A stretch of DNA of 64,000 nucleotides from an uncultured Gammaproteobacteria bacterium. Lineage in GTDB: Bacteria; Pseudomonadota; Gammaproteobacteria; UBA9214. This document shows, in pieces, positions 14,283-25,237 of the stretch. The position numbers and the translations under genes were made by a program. The notes beneath the pieces were generated by a model. The model did not search any database, was not told the DNA's origin, and saw only the letters and a list, made by a program, of their open reading frames with translations. The DNA lies in contig CAVYZN010000032.1 in the NCBI GenBank assembly GCA_963773065.1, forward strand, positions 315,526 through 379,525, read 5' to 3'. Position 1 is the stretch's first letter. The number at the start of each line of letters is the position of its first letter.

Positions 14283-15284
14283 ATGGCGATTAAAGTTGCG
14301 ATTAACGGTTATGGTCGTATCGGACGCAATATCCTGCGCGCCATGTACGAGGCAAGCCGCAAGGATATCCAGATTGTAGCCGTCAACGACCTCGGCGATG
14401 CCAAGACCAACGCCCACCTGACCCAGTACGATACCGCCCACGGCAGGTTCCCGGGCAAGGTGTCCGTGGACGGCGACTACATGGTCGTGAACGGCGACAA
14501 GATCAAAGTGCTGGCCGAACGCGATCCGGCCAAGCTGCCCTGGGGCGAGCTGGGTGTGGAGGTGGTGCACGAGTGCACCGGTTTCTTCACCAGCAAGGAG
14601 AAGGCTTCCGCCCATCTGAAGGGCGGCGCCAAGAAGGTCATCATTTCCGCGCCGGGCGGCAAGGACGTGGATGCCACCGTCGTCTATGGCGTGAACGAGG
14701 GCGTGCTGAAGTCATCCCATACGGTCATCTCCAATGCCTCCTGCACCACCAACTGCCTGGCCCCGATGGTCAAGCCGCTGCACGAGAAGATCGGTGTGGT
14801 GAAGGGGCTGATGACCACCATACACGCCTATACCAACGACCAGGTGCTGACCGATGTTTACCACACGGACCTGCGCCGCGCCCGTTCCGCCACCATGTCG
14901 ATGATTCCGACCAAGACCGGCGCCGCCGCGGCGGTGGGTCTGGTGCTGCCGGAACTGAACGGCAAGCTCGATGGTTTCGCCATCCGCGTGCCGACCATCA
15001 ACGTTTCCCTCGTGGACCTGGTGTTTGAAGCCGCGCGCGAGACCAGCGTGGACGAGATCAACGCCATCATGAAGGCCGCCGCCGATGGCAGGATCCTGGG
15101 CTACAGCGATGGTCCGCTGGTTTCGGTCGACTTCAATCACACCAGCACCTCCTCCAACTTCGACGCCACGCTGACCCGCGTCTCCAACGGCACCCTGGTC
15201 AAGGTGTGCAGTTGGTACGACAACGAGTGGGGTTTTTCGAACCGGATGCTCGACACCACCGTCGCGTTGATGAAGGCCAAGTAA
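14283..15284 (+). CDS. gap: type I glyceraldehyde-3-phosphate dehydrogenase
   Basis: [25 protein letters not shown]. Confidence 0.98.
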   Translation: MAIKVAINGYGRIGRNILRAMYEASRKDIQIVAVNDLGDAKTNAHLTQYDTAHGRFPGKVSVDGDYMVVNGDKIKVLAERDPAKLPWGELGVEVVHECTGFFTSKEKASAHLKGGAKKVIISAPGGKDVDATVVYGVNEGVLKSSHTVISNASCTTNCLAPMVKPLHEKIGVVKGLMTTIHAYTNDQVLTDVYHTDLRRARSATMSMIPTKTGAAAAVGLVLPELNGKLDGFAIRVPTINVSLVDLVFEAARETSVDEINAIMKAAADGRILGYSDGPLVSVDFNHTSTSSNFDATLTRVSNGTLVKVCSWYDNEWGFSNRMLDTTVALMKAK

Positions 15285-15341
15285 GCAATGCCGTGACCGC
15301 CCGGCTTATGGCCGGGCGGCAGCGGCAAGCCCTATGAAATT

Positions 15342-15432
15342 CACCGCAAGGACGCCGAGGGCGCCAAGGGTCTTAAGAGGATTCCTGGTGTTGCTGAAAA
15401 GCTCGACGGCGTGATCTTCGCGTCTTGCGGTG
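15342..15432. repeat. small imperfect palindromic intergenic repeat (caccgcaag...cttgcggtg family)
   Basis: caccgcaaggacgccgagg ... cttcgcgtcttgcggtg; a related element lies at about 42428-42502. Confidence 0.55.
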
Positions 15433-15467
15433 CCTATTTTTCCAGAGGATTCAGTAAGGAGCCCCCC

Positions 15468-16646
15468 ATGTCCATAATCAAGATGACTGATCTCGATCTC
15501 GCCGGCAAGAGAGTGCTGATCCGCCAGGACCTGAATGTGCCGATCAAGGACGGCAAGGTCACCAGCGACGCGCGCATACTCGCCAGTGTCCCCACCATCG
15601 AGCGCGCCATGAAGGCGGGCGCCAGGGTCATGGTGATGTCGCATCTGGGCCGGCCGAAAGAAGGGGAATATGACGAGCAGTTTTCCCTGCTGCCGGTCGG
15701 CGAACATCTTGCGGCATTGCTCGGCAGGAATGTGGAGATCGTCAAGGACTGGATCAACGGGGTGGGCCGCATGAACGACGGCGATGTCGTGCTGTGCGAG
15801 AACGTGCGCTTCAACAAGGGCGAGAAGTCCAATGACGAAGCGCTGTCGAAAAAGATGGCGGCCCTGTGCGACATCTACGTCATGGATGCGTTCGGCACCG
15901 CGCACCGCGCCCAGGCATCGACCCACGGCGTGGCCAGATTCGCCCCCATCGCCTGCGCCGGTCCGCTGCTGGCCGCGGAGCTGGAGGCCCTCGGCAAGGC
16001 GCTGGACAACCCGGCGCGGCCCCTGGCGGCGATCGTGGGCGGCTCGAAGGTGTCCACCAAGCTGACCGTGCTCGATTCCCTCTCCAGGGTGGTCGACCAG
16101 TTGGTTCCCGGCGGCGGCATCGCCAACACCTTCATCGCGGCCAGCGGCTACAATGTCGGCAAGTCGCTGTATGAGGCGGACCTGATTCCCGAGGCCAGGC
16201 GCCTCATGGAGGCGGCCAAAGCCAAGGGCGGCGCCATACCGGTACCCACCGACGTGGTGGTCGGGAAGGAATTCTCGGAAGCCGCCGCGGCGGTGGTGAA
16301 GAGGGTCGATGCCGTGGCGGACGACGACATGATCTTCGACATCGGCCCGGAAACGGCGGCCCGCTATGCGGCGATGATGAAGAACGCCGGCACCATCGTC
16401 TGGAACGGGCCGGTCGGGGTGTTCGAATTCGACCAGTTTGGCGCGGGGACCCGGACGCTCGGAGAGGCCATCGCCGCCTCAACCGCCTTCTCCATCGCCG
16501 GCGGCGGCGACACGCTGGCCGCCGTCGACAAGTACGGCCTTTCCGACAAAATCTCCTACATTTCCACCGGCGGCGGCGCCTTCCTTGAGTTCCTGGAGGG
16601 CAAGAAGCTGCCGGCGGTGGCCATGCTTGAAGAACGCGCCAGGTAA
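15468..16646 (+). CDS. pgk: phosphoglycerate kinase
   Basis: [25 protein letters not shown] after AAGGAG; [33 protein letters not shown]. Confidence 0.97.
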   Translation: MSIIKMTDLDLAGKRVLIRQDLNVPIKDGKVTSDARILASVPTIERAMKAGARVMVMSHLGRPKEGEYDEQFSLLPVGEHLAALLGRNVEIVKDWINGVGRMNDGDVVLCENVRFNKGEKSNDEALSKKMAALCDIYVMDAFGTAHRAQASTHGVARFAPIACAGPLLAAELEALGKALDNPARPLAAIVGGSKVSTKLTVLDSLSRVVDQLVPGGGIANTFIAASGYNVGKSLYEADLIPEARRLMEAAKAKGGAIPVPTDVVVGKEFSEAAAAVVKRVDAVADDDMIFDIGPETAARYAAMMKNAGTIVWNGPVGVFEFDQFGAGTRTLGEAIAASTAFSIAGGGDTLAAVDKYGLSDKISYISTGGGAFLEFLEGKKLPAVAMLEERAR

Positions 16647-16662
16647 CAACCCTCGGCTTTTT

Positions 16663-16755
16663 ATGCCAAGGCGCACGAAAGTCGTTGCCACCCTGGGTCC
16701 GGCGACGGATTGAAAGGGTGTGCTGGATGACATGATCCAGGCCGGCATGGACGTA
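16663..16755 (+). pseudogene. pyk: pyruvate kinase 5' remnant (about 31 codons, in-frame TGA at 16711)
   Basis: MPRRTKVVATLGPATD*KGVLDDMIQAGMDV matches the Pyk N-terminus and sits at the usual pgk-pyk-fba position; the rest of the gene is absent. Confidence 0.85.
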
Positions 16756-16772
16756 GAGGCGCTGATTAGTCT

Positions 16773-16871
16773 GTCATTCCGGCCGGGCTTCCCCCGATGC
16801 GGGGAGCAAGTGCCGGAATCCGGATACCTATTTTCATTGGCAGTCCGGATTTCCGCTTGCGCGGGAATGAC
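16773..16871. repeat. REP-like doublet (gtcattcc...ggaatcc / ggatttccgc...gcgggaatgac)
   Basis: two inverted hairpins of the ATTCCC-N-GGGAAT type, with imperfect outer IR gaggc..tgatta / taatca..gcctc. Confidence 0.65.
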
Positions 16872-16978
16872 GATGTGTGGATTAATCAGGCTTGCCTCGA
16901 CATAGTTGGCTGAAACAGCCTGTAAATACTCCAGCCACACCTGGTTGGTGTTTAACCGTAAGTCAAGAGGAGAGAACC

Positions 16979-18043
16979 ATGGCCCTGATATCATTACGAC
17001 AGTTGCTGGATCACGCCGCCGAGCATGGCTACGGCGTGCCGGCCTACAACGTTAACAACATGGAACAGATGCAAGCCATCATGATGGCGGCGGATGAAAC
17101 CGACAGCCCGGTGATCGTGCAGGCTTCCGCCGGCGCGCGTTCCTACGCCGGCGCCCCATTCCTGCGCCACCTGATCCTGGCGGCGATCGAACAATGGCCG
17201 CATATACCGGTTGTCATGCACCAGGACCACGGCGCCTCCCCGGCCGTGTGCCAGCGCTCCATCCAACTGGGTTTCAGCTCGGTGATGATGGACGGCTCCC
17301 TCGGGGAAGACATGAAGACCCCGATGAGCTACGAGTACAACGCCGAGGTCACGCGGCGCGCCGTGGACATGGCGCACGCCTGCGGCGTGTCCGTCGAAGG
17401 CGAGCTGGGCTGCCTGGGGTCGCTGGAGAGCGGCATGGCCGGTGAAGAGGACGGCTCGGGCGCGGAAGGCAAACTCTCGCATGACCAGTTGCTGACCGAT
17501 CCGGAAGAGGCCGCCAGGTTCGTCAAGGACACCAAGGTGGACGCCCTGGCGATTGCCATCGGCACCAGCCACGGCGCCTACAAATTCAGCCGTCCGCCAA
17601 CCGGCGACATCCTGGCCATCAACCGCATCAAGGAGATCCATTCCCGCATCCCGGATACCCACCTGGTGATGCACGGCTCCTCCTCGGTGCCACAGAACTG
17701 GCTGAAGATCATCAACGATAACGGCGGCGACATGGGCGAAACCTACGGCGTGCCGGTCAAGGAGATCCAGGAAGGCATCAAGCACGGCGTGCGCAAGGTG
17801 AATATCGACACCGATCTGCGCATGGCCTCAACCGGCGCGATCCGCAAGTACCTGCATGACAAACCGTCCGATTTCGATCCGCGCAAATATCTTAAGGCGG
17901 CCACCGTGGCCATGAAGGGCATCTGCAAGGAGCGCTACGAGGCATTCGGCACGGCCGGCAACGCATCCAAAATCAAGGCCATCAATCTTGAGGATATGTT
18001 CAAGCGTTATACCAGCGGTGAGCTTGATCCGCGCGTGAACTGA
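16979..18043 (+). CDS. fba: class II fructose-bisphosphate aldolase (CbbA type)
   Basis: [55 protein letters not shown]. Confidence 0.97.
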   Translation: MALISLRQLLDHAAEHGYGVPAYNVNNMEQMQAIMMAADETDSPVIVQASAGARSYAGAPFLRHLILAAIEQWPHIPVVMHQDHGASPAVCQRSIQLGFSSVMMDGSLGEDMKTPMSYEYNAEVTRRAVDMAHACGVSVEGELGCLGSLESGMAGEEDGSGAEGKLSHDQLLTDPEEAARFVKDTKVDALAIAIGTSHGAYKFSRPPTGDILAINRIKEIHSRIPDTHLVMHGSSSVPQNWLKIINDNGGDMGETYGVPVKEIQEGIKHGVRKVNIDTDLRMASTGAIRKYLHDKPSDFDPRKYLKAATVAMKGICKERYEAFGTAGNASKIKAINLEDMFKRYTSGELDPRVN

Positions 18044-18061
18044 TTGCCGATAGCACCAGTC

Positions 18062-18093
18062 GCAAAAAAGGCGGCATTGACCGCCTTTTTTGC
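18062..18093 (+). terminator. bidirectional-type intrinsic terminator after fba
   Basis: gcaaaaaaggcgg-cattga-ccgccttttttgc. Confidence 0.85.
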
Positions 18094-18140
18094 CTACAGG
18101 GCAACGCACGTACACTCTCCAGGAACCAAGCCCCCGGGCG

Positions 18141-18782
18141 ATGAAGCGCGCCATTTTGCTCCCGATTACCGGTTTGCTGCTGCTTGCCGGCCTCTTCGCG
18201 CTGATGCTGGCCGCGAATCTGTATACCTTTTACCGCCTGAGCGACGAGTCCCCGATTGCCGAATTGAAGTTCGTCATGACGGGTGATAAGCAGTATGAGG
18301 CGATCATCTCCTACGGCGATTTCTGCAACCCGGAGCGTTATCCGCTGTACGGTGATCAGTGGCGCCTTGATGCCTTGTTTCTGAAGTGGCGTGCCTGGGC
18401 AAACCTGCTGGGGTTTGATTCCCTATACCGCATCGAACGGCTCGGCGGCCGTTACCGCAATATCGGCAGCGAAAATTCAGAACCGCGACACGCGCATGCG
18501 CTGCACCCGCAAGGCGGCATCGATCTGGTGGCGCTGCTGGCAAACTATCGCGGCCAGTTCTCGCCCATCGATACCCTGTACGGAAGTTCGGTGTATGAGG
18601 ACATGAACCCGGATTATGTTTATCGGGTTTATCGCAGCCAGTCCGGACTGCTGGTGAGAAAAACCCCTCAATATGGCGCGACCGTCGCCGGCGATGTGAC
18701 CACGATCGAGATCAACAAGTCCTGCGCTGGATCGCCGGGCCTGTTGAGACGGGCAGGCCGTTACCTGGACGGGCTCCTGTGA
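18141..18782 (+). CDS. membrane-anchored hypothetical protein
   Basis: N-terminal hydrophobic helix; LYGDQWRLDA, YRIERLGGRY, IDTLYGSSVY; normal coding bias. Confidence 0.7.
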   Translation: MKRAILLPITGLLLLAGLFALMLAANLYTFYRLSDESPIAELKFVMTGDKQYEAIISYGDFCNPERYPLYGDQWRLDALFLKWRAWANLLGFDSLYRIERLGGRYRNIGSENSEPRHAHALHPQGGIDLVALLANYRGQFSPIDTLYGSSVYEDMNPDYVYRVYRSQSGLLVRKTPQYGATVAGDVTTIEINKSCAGSPGLLRRAGRYLDGLL

Positions 18783-19032
18783 AGTAGCGGGGGTTGATTC
18801 CGGTCCGGCGCCGGACTTTACGAGCCCGCCGTGGCTTTGTGACCGCGGGATGCCGTGACGGAAATACCCGCCGTTCTGATTTCTGGGCCTGCAGCGAACA
18901 CCGGGCTGATTGTCTATGTCGCGCAACCGGTAGCCTTAGTATTTTGTTTAAGAAACAGTAAGATATGATGCCACATCGCGGCCGTAAGAGGGTGTCGCCT
19001 CGCCACTTCACCGTTTCGCCCGAGACTCTGTC

Positions 19033-19059
19033 TCAACAATCATGCCCGTAGACCGATAG
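19033..19059 (+). promoter_or_regulatory. candidate sigma-28 (FliA) promoter
   Basis: TCAA-N15-ACCGATAG versus consensus TAAA-N15-GCCGATAA, upstream of the GGDEF-EAL gene. Confidence 0.35.
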
Positions 19060-19099
19060 TACATTGAGAAATAATAATTTGTTTTCGTGAAGCAGGGGC

Positions 19100-21961
19100 A
19101 TGATGTGTACGAATCTCCTGTCCTTGCCCCGGCTGCACAATGGGAATGGCATAAGCATGACGGCTGAGAATATCCAGGCAGACGCACTGGTTATATCCAC
19201 GTTACCGGAAAATGTCCTGACATCGGAAACAAGTTCCGGGGCGGATATTCCGGCTGAACAAATTGAACTGGTTTATATCCAGGCGCCGGTTGCCCTGGTG
19301 ACGGGACTGGCTGTCGCCGCACTCATCAGTCTCGGACTCTGGGGCATTGCGGAACATGGCCAGCTGCTGCTGTGGTTTTGCCTGCAACTGCTGCAGACCA
19401 CGGTAAGGTTTTTCCTGGTGATTTACTACCGGCGTTCGGGGAGTATGCTCCGGAAGAATCCGCGCTGGAACTATTTATATGTGGCGGGCGCCCTGTTCTC
19501 CGGGGTTGTCTGGGGTTGTCTCGGCCTGCTGATCGACTTCTCGTGGCCGGTCGAATACCCGATACTGGTGATCATGGGGCTGGCCGGCATACTCGCCGGC
19601 GCAATCTCATCCTATGCCGTAGTACTGCCGGTCTATATCGCCTTCCTGGTGCCGGCAATACTCATCCCCACACAGGTCATGCTGGCGCAGGCCGGCCAGT
19701 CGTCGAATGAAATGGGGCTGCTGCTGATGGTATTTGCCGGCGCCCTGCTGGTCATCGCACGCAACTACAACAGCAGCGTCACCAGGACCCTGCATCTGCG
19801 CTTTGAAAACAACGAACTGGTGTCACGGTTGACGATGACCAATGCTTCGCTTGAGAAGCAGATCAAGGAACGCCAGCAGGCGGAAATGCAACTGGTGCGC
19901 GACCGGGAGCTGTTCACCAAGGGTCCGGTTACGGTATTCCGCTGGCGGGTCGATGCAGGCTGGCCGATCGAATATGCCTCGAAGACGGTTTCGCAGTTCG
20001 GCTACGAAGCGGACGATCTGGTGCGCCGGCAGCTCTCCTACGCCTCCCTGATTCATCCGAATGACCTCGATCGCGTCAGGCAGGCCGAGTTCAGCACCAG
20101 TGACAACCGCTACACCTTCCTTGGCATCGATTACCGCATCATCAGGGCCGACGGCCAGGTCAGATGGGTGTATGACTATTCGATACCGGTCAGGGACGAA
20201 GGCGGCCGCATCACCCATTTCGCAGGCTACCTCCTTGATATCACCGACCGCAAACAGGCGGAATTCGAACTGCAGCAGGAGAAAGAACGCGCCCAGATAA
20301 CGCTGCATTCAATCGGGGATGCCGTTATCACTACCGATGTGAACGGACAGATTGAATATCTCAATCCGGTCGCCGAGAAACTGACCGGATGGGAAAGCGG
20401 TATTGCACGCGGCCTGCCGTTGAGCCGCATTTTCGGCCTTTTCGATGATGCCAGCAGGGAAGGCATCGAGAAACCGGTGATGCAATCACTGCAGACGGGC
20501 GTTACGCTGAGGTCCAGTCGCGACTGCGTGTTGCACCGCCACGATGGCAGAAGCATTTCCATTCAATACTCGATATCGCCGCTCATGAGCCGTGGCGGCG
20601 AGGCGCTGGGTGTCGTGCTGGTGTTCCATGATGTGACCGAGAATCGCAGCATGGCGAGACAGCTTACCTACCAGGCCACGCATGACGCCCTTACCGGTCT
20701 TATCAACCGGCACGAATTCGAGGCGCGCTTGCAATCCGCGCTGGTCTCGGCCAGGAATGAGAACGAGCGCCATGCCCTATGTTATCTCGACATGGACCAG
20801 TTCAAGATCGTCAATGACACCTGCAGCCATGCGGCGGGTGACAAGCTGCTCAAGGACGTGGCCGGCATCCTGCAGGATTGCCTGCGTGAATCGGATGTCC
20901 TCGCCAAGGTCGGTGGGGACGAATTCAGCATTCTCCTGAAGAACTGCATGCTGGAGGACGCCATGGAAATCACGGAAAACATGCTGGCCAAGATTAGGAC
21001 TATCAACAACGACGCCTGGGAGCTGAAGTTCGGGGTCAGCGCCAGCATCGGGATTGCGGTGCTCGACCGCGGTTCGGAAAGCATCACGGAGGTCATGAGG
21101 CAGGCGGACATTGCCTGCTACGCGGCCAAGGATCACGGGCGCAATCGCATCCATATCTACCAGACGGGTGACCAGGAGCTTGCCCGGCGACACAGCGAAA
21201 TGAAATGGGTTTCCAGGCTGACGGAGGCCATCAGGGAGGATCGCCTGGTTCTTTATTGCCAGGACATCGTGCCGGTGAATCCGGACTCCTCCGGCGGACG
21301 GTACCATTTTGAAGTGCTGGTCCGAATGAAGGATGAAGCCGGTGAGCTGGTGATGCCGGACAGGTTCTTACCGGCGGCGGAACGTTACAATCTGGTCGCG
21401 GCGCTTGATCGCTGGGTTATTGCCCACAGTTTTGCGTGGTATATCGCCAGCGGGGAAAGCCGGATCATGGCGATCAACCTCTCCGGCGGCTCCCTGACCG
21501 ATGATGCCTTTCTGGGTTTTGTCATGGACAATCTCGCCAGGTATGCCGTTCCGCCGGCGTCAGTTTGCTTTGAAATCACCGAAACGGCGGCGATAGCCAA
21601 CCTGGACTACGCGATCCGGTTTATCAATGAACTCAAGCAGCTCGGTTGCCGGTTTGCGCTGGATGACTTCGGCAGCGGTCTTAGTTCGTTCAGCTACCTC
21701 AAGAACCTGCCGGTGGACTACCTGAAAATCGACGGGAGTTTTATCAGGGATATGGACACCGATCCGGTGAATGCCGCATTGGTTAACGCCATCTGCCAAC
21801 TGGGTAAAGTCATGGGTATCGAAATCATCGCCGAGTTCGTGGAGAACGATGCGATTCTGAAGATGCTGGCCGGGATTGGTGTCGATTACGCGCAGGGTTA
21901 CGGTATCGCCAGGCCCAGGCCGCTGGACGCCAGGGAATTTGAGGGGCTGAAGAGCGCCTGA
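19100..21961 (+). CDS. membrane-bound PAS-PAS-GGDEF-EAL c-di-GMP enzyme (start may be 19157)
   Basis: several TM helices, two PAS domains, RESD I-site with VGGDEF, EVLVRM, EITET, DDFGSG, LKIDGSF. Confidence 0.93.
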   Translation: MMCTNLLSLPRLHNGNGISMTAENIQADALVISTLPENVLTSETSSGADIPAEQIELVYIQAPVALVTGLAVAALISLGLWGIAEHGQLLLWFCLQLLQTTVRFFLVIYYRRSGSMLRKNPRWNYLYVAGALFSGVVWGCLGLLIDFSWPVEYPILVIMGLAGILAGAISSYAVVLPVYIAFLVPAILIPTQVMLAQAGQSSNEMGLLLMVFAGALLVIARNYNSSVTRTLHLRFENNELVSRLTMTNASLEKQIKERQQAEMQLVRDRELFTKGPVTVFRWRVDAGWPIEYASKTVSQFGYEADDLVRRQLSYASLIHPNDLDRVRQAEFSTSDNRYTFLGIDYRIIRADGQVRWVYDYSIPVRDEGGRITHFAGYLLDITDRKQAEFELQQEKERAQITLHSIGDAVITTDVNGQIEYLNPVAEKLTGWESGIARGLPLSRIFGLFDDASREGIEKPVMQSLQTGVTLRSSRDCVLHRHDGRSISIQYSISPLMSRGGEALGVVLVFHDVTENRSMARQLTYQATHDALTGLINRHEFEARLQSALVSARNENERHALCYLDMDQFKIVNDTCSHAAGDKLLKDVAGILQDCLRESDVLAKVGGDEFSILLKNCMLEDAMEITENMLAKIRTINNDAWELKFGVSASIGIAVLDRGSESITEVMRQADIACYAAKDHGRNRIHIYQTGDQELARRHSEMKWVSRLTEAIREDRLVLYCQDIVPVNPDSSGGRYHFEVLVRMKDEAGELVMPDRFLPAAERYNLVAALDRWVIAHSFAWYIASGESRIMAINLSGGSLTDDAFLGFVMDNLARYAVPPASVCFEITETAAIANLDYAIRFINELKQLGCRFALDDFGSGLSSFSYLKNLPVDYLKIDGSFIRDMDTDPVNAALVNAICQLGKVMGIEIIAEFVENDAILKMLAGIGVDYAQGYGIARPRPLDAREFEGLKSA

Positions 21962-21972
21962 TGCCGGTAGAT

Positions 21973-23169
21973 TTACCCGCCCTGGCCATCAATGCGGGGT
22001 TTGAGCAGCATGGGCAGGCAGGTAAACAGAAACGCCGCGAACGCGGCTATCCACAACGCCTGGGACAAGCCGATCCAGAGCGCGTAATGCCCGGGATCGA
22101 CCAAGGGCAACAGCACCCTGATCAGCGCCCCCAGCATCAATACGGCAAACATCCAGAACAGAACCGGTGGCGGCTCCTGGATGTTTCTGCCCGTATGGGC
22201 GAGCGTCACGCGCGTCATCATACCGAGTGTGAACAAGCCGATTCCCCCATAGGCGAAGGCGTGCAGCGCAAGCAGCGGTGAAACAGCGACCAGCGGGACA
22301 GCGGCCTTGAGCGCAAACCCCAGCACCAGGAAACCATAACCGCCATAGAGCACCCACAGCAACGGCCTGCGCCAGATGCCCGGCGTGTACCAGCCGGCCA
22401 TGCGCAGCGCGTGCAGGATGAACAGCAGACCGGCCAGAGCGGCAACGAGGCGGCTGTCGGGTTGCAGGATATCGGCTATCCAGAAGACAAGAAATAGCAG
22501 CAGGCCGGCGGCATCCAGCCAACGCCGGTTTATCAGCCGCACGGGACGAGCGACACCCTTTTCGATAAACATGGGCAGCACGCGTCTGGACATGACCAGG
22601 ATGAGGGCGACGATGAGATACAGCCCCGAGTACAGTCCCTCCCGTACCCCATGCGGTAGAATCTCGAGGGCGCCGGCATAGAACAGCAGATTGCCGCACA
22701 TCAACAGGATTAGCTTGGACAGGATGCCCATCTGCCGCCACTGCCGCACCTTGATGACCGGTCGTGCAATGGCGATCAGCAGGATGGCGGCAAACAGGGT
22801 GTCCGCCAGCGCACCCAGCGCAAGCGGCACGCCATCCCCTGCGAAGACCAGCAAGCGTGCCGCGGCCCACAACAGCAACAGCAGCAGCAACGGCAGGCCC
22901 TGGAGCGTCTGGACACCGGTCCAGTTGTGCACGGCTGTCAACAGAAAACCAGCGATTACCGCCATGGCGTAGCCATAGACCATTTCATGGGCGTGCCAGA
23001 CGACGGCAGGCAGACCGCCGGGCAGCCACCCGCGACCAAAGACATAGACCTGCATCCAGGTCAGCATGGACAGGACTGAAAATACCGCGGCGGCGGTGAA
23101 GAAGGGGCGAAAACCCAGACTCAGAAACACGGGTTGATGCCGGCGAGGCGTGTCGTCGGGATCATGCAT
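21973..23169 (-). CDS. nnrS: NnrS family heme-copper membrane protein
   Basis: LGFRPFF, WHAHEMVYG, GFLLTAVHNWTG, MMTRVTLAHTGR. Confidence 0.92.
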   Translation of the reverse strand: MHDPDDTPRRHQPVFLSLGFRPFFTAAAVFSVLSMLTWMQVYVFGRGWLPGGLPAVVWHAHEMVYGYAMAVIAGFLLTAVHNWTGVQTLQGLPLLLLLLLWAAARLLVFAGDGVPLALGALADTLFAAILLIAIARPVIKVRQWRQMGILSKLILLMCGNLLFYAGALEILPHGVREGLYSGLYLIVALILVMSRRVLPMFIEKGVARPVRLINRRWLDAAGLLLFLVFWIADILQPDSRLVAALAGLLFILHALRMAGWYTPGIWRRPLLWVLYGGYGFLVLGFALKAAVPLVAVSPLLALHAFAYGGIGLFTLGMMTRVTLAHTGRNIQEPPPVLFWMFAVLMLGALIRVLLPLVDPGHYALWIGLSQALWIAAFAAFLFTCLPMLLKPRIDGQGG

Positions 23170-23201
23170 GGGCGGGGCTGGTGCCGGATGCCTGAGGCAT
23201 A

Positions 23202-24167
23202 TCAGGGGGACTGGTCATTCTCCACGGTAACGCGCTTCCAGTTATCACCGTCGCGCAGGAGTTCCTCCCTGGCCCAGTCCGCGAATTCCGCCCGGGTGAG
23301 AACGCCGGTGTTTCTGCGCCCTGCTCCGGCAACCACCTTGTAGACCACCATGTCCTTTTCTGGCTCGTGACCGAAGGAAGCATCGACGATCTGGCGAACC
23401 GACCAGTTGTCGCTGGATTGACCGTTACTGTAGTAGTGGCCCGGCAGGATCTGCGCCGGATCGAACCGCCGCTGTCTTTCCTTGCCCGTTGCGAGCGTGT
23501 AGATGCGCAGCAGGTCATCCTCCGTAATATCGACAAACGAATCGATCTGGCTGAGCGCATAGACCAGATCTTCATGAGCAATTGGGCGGTAATGGTTTTT
23601 GTCCGCTGTTTTGTCGGGCTGCGGCTGGTGACGGGATGCCAGCCAGGCGGGGTAGCGTCTCCAGGCAAGGGGGTAATTAAAGAGTACTGCGACAGCCAGG
23701 ATGACCAGCGCATTGAGCAGCACCGGGGTGATGACGAATTGGTAGGCCAGCGCATGGACGCCCTCACCACCCATGACGGCCGCAAGGGCCGTCGCGCCGC
23801 CCGGTGGATGTATGCAGCGCAGGTAATACATCACGAGGATGGCAAGACTGACCGCGAGGCCCGCCGCGAGGAATGGCTGGGGAATAACCCTGGCACAGGT
23901 CACGCCGATGCCTGCCGCTATGACATGACCGCCTAGGACCGGCCAGGGTTGCGACATGCTGCCATGCGGAACCGCGAACAGCAGCACCGTCGAGGCGCCC
24001 ATCGAGGCTACGATCAGCGCACTCGCCGTGCCGGCAAAATGCTGGGTAATGAGCAGTATCAAAACGACGCCGGCAAAGCCCCCCAGAGCCGAGACCAGCT
24101 TCTCGGTGTGGCTCACGAGACCCGGCTCGACGCCGAAAACTTCCGACCATTTTTTCATGTCGCGCAT
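23202..24167 (-). CDS. HPP family membrane protein
   Basis: ASMGASTVLLFAVP, SQPWPVLGGH, CIHPPGGATAL. Confidence 0.9.
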   Translation of the reverse strand: MRDMKKWSEVFGVEPGLVSHTEKLVSALGGFAGVVLILLITQHFAGTASALIVASMGASTVLLFAVPHGSMSQPWPVLGGHVIAAGIGVTCARVIPQPFLAAGLAVSLAILVMYYLRCIHPPGGATALAAVMGGEGVHALAYQFVITPVLLNALVILAVAVLFNYPLAWRRYPAWLASRHQPQPDKTADKNHYRPIAHEDLVYALSQIDSFVDITEDDLLRIYTLATGKERQRRFDPAQILPGHYYSNGQSSDNWSVRQIVDASFGHEPEKDMVVYKVVAGAGRRNTGVLTRAEFADWAREELLRDGDNWKRVTVENDQSP

Positions 24168-24241
24168 GCGTTTCGCTCCGGTACGTATGAATCGGTTATT
24201 GTATCTATATCGCGTGCTTTCATCTGAGCGGTACCAGCCTG

Positions 24242-25237
24242 CTAGACCGAAAGCGCCGGTTCATCCAGCAGCGCCGCCTGTTCTCTCAGCGCCAGCACAT
24301 GATCTTCCCAGTAGCGCGTGGTATAGAACCAGGGGAATGCCTGGAGGAAGGCGGGATCATCCCGGCGCCGTGCCAGCCAGGCGGCGTAATGGATCATCCG
24401 CAAAGTGCGCAAGGGCTCGATCAACCGCAGCTCGAGATGATTGAAATCATGGAACTGCGCATACCCTTCCAGTATGTCACCCAGTTGCCTCTGCATCTCC
24501 TCGCGCCCGCCCGAGATCAGCATCCATAGGTCCTGGATGGCCGGCCCCGAGCGGCAATCATCCAGGTCCACGAAATGGGGGCCCTGTTCCGTCCACAGGA
24601 TATTGCCGGGGTGGCAGTCTCCATGCAGGCGTATCTGCCTGACGGGACCGGCTTCGGCAAAGCCGGCGCCGACCTGCCGCAGCAAGTCTTCGCTGAGGGT
24701 ATGGTAGGCGGTTTCGAGATGTGGCGGGATGAATCCCTGCTCGAGCAGGAAGCGGCAGGACTGGCGGCCGAAGCTGTCGATATCCAGCGCGGGGCGATGG
24801 CGGAACGGGCGCGCCGACCCGACGGCATGAAGGCGCGCGAGAAAACGCCCCATCCACAAACGCTCATCACGCCGGTTCAATTCAGGCCAGCGTCCGCCTT
24901 GGCGCGGGTAGAGCGCGTAGCGATAGCCGTGCCAGACATGCAGCGTCGTTGCGTCGAAGATCAGCGGGGCGACAACCGGGATTTCCTGCGCGGCCAGCTC
25001 CAGCGCCAGGGCATGTTCCTCCAGGATCGCCGCGTTGGACCAGCGCCCCGGCCGATAGTACTTCGCGATGATCGGTGGCGCGTCTTCGATGCCGATCTGG
25101 TAGACACGGTTTTCGTAGCTGTTGAGGGCGAGGAACTGGCCGTTGGGCCGGTAGCCGCACTGTTCGACGGCATCCAGCAGGGTGTCGGGCGTTAAACCCG
25201 CATAGTCGGCTGGCGCCGGATGGGATGGGTGCTGCAC
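24242..25237 (-). CDS. srkA: stress response kinase SrkA/RdoA (YihE); start approximate
   Basis: LNSYENRVY, RLHGDCHPGN, FVDLDD, QDLWML, AWLARR. Confidence 0.93.
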   Translation of the reverse strand: MQHPSHPAPADYAGLTPDTLLDAVEQCGYRPNGQFLALNSYENRVYQIGIEDAPPIIAKYYRPGRWSNAAILEEHALALELAAQEIPVVAPLIFDATTLHVWHGYRYALYPRQGGRWPELNRRDERLWMGRFLARLHAVGSARPFRHRPALDIDSFGRQSCRFLLEQGFIPPHLETAYHTLSEDLLRQVGAGFAEAGPVRQIRLHGDCHPGNILWTEQGPHFVDLDDCRSGPAIQDLWMLISGGREEMQRQLGDILEGYAQFHDFNHLELRLIEPLRTLRMIHYAAWLARRRDDPAFLQAFPWFYTTRYWEDHVLALREQAALLDEPALSV

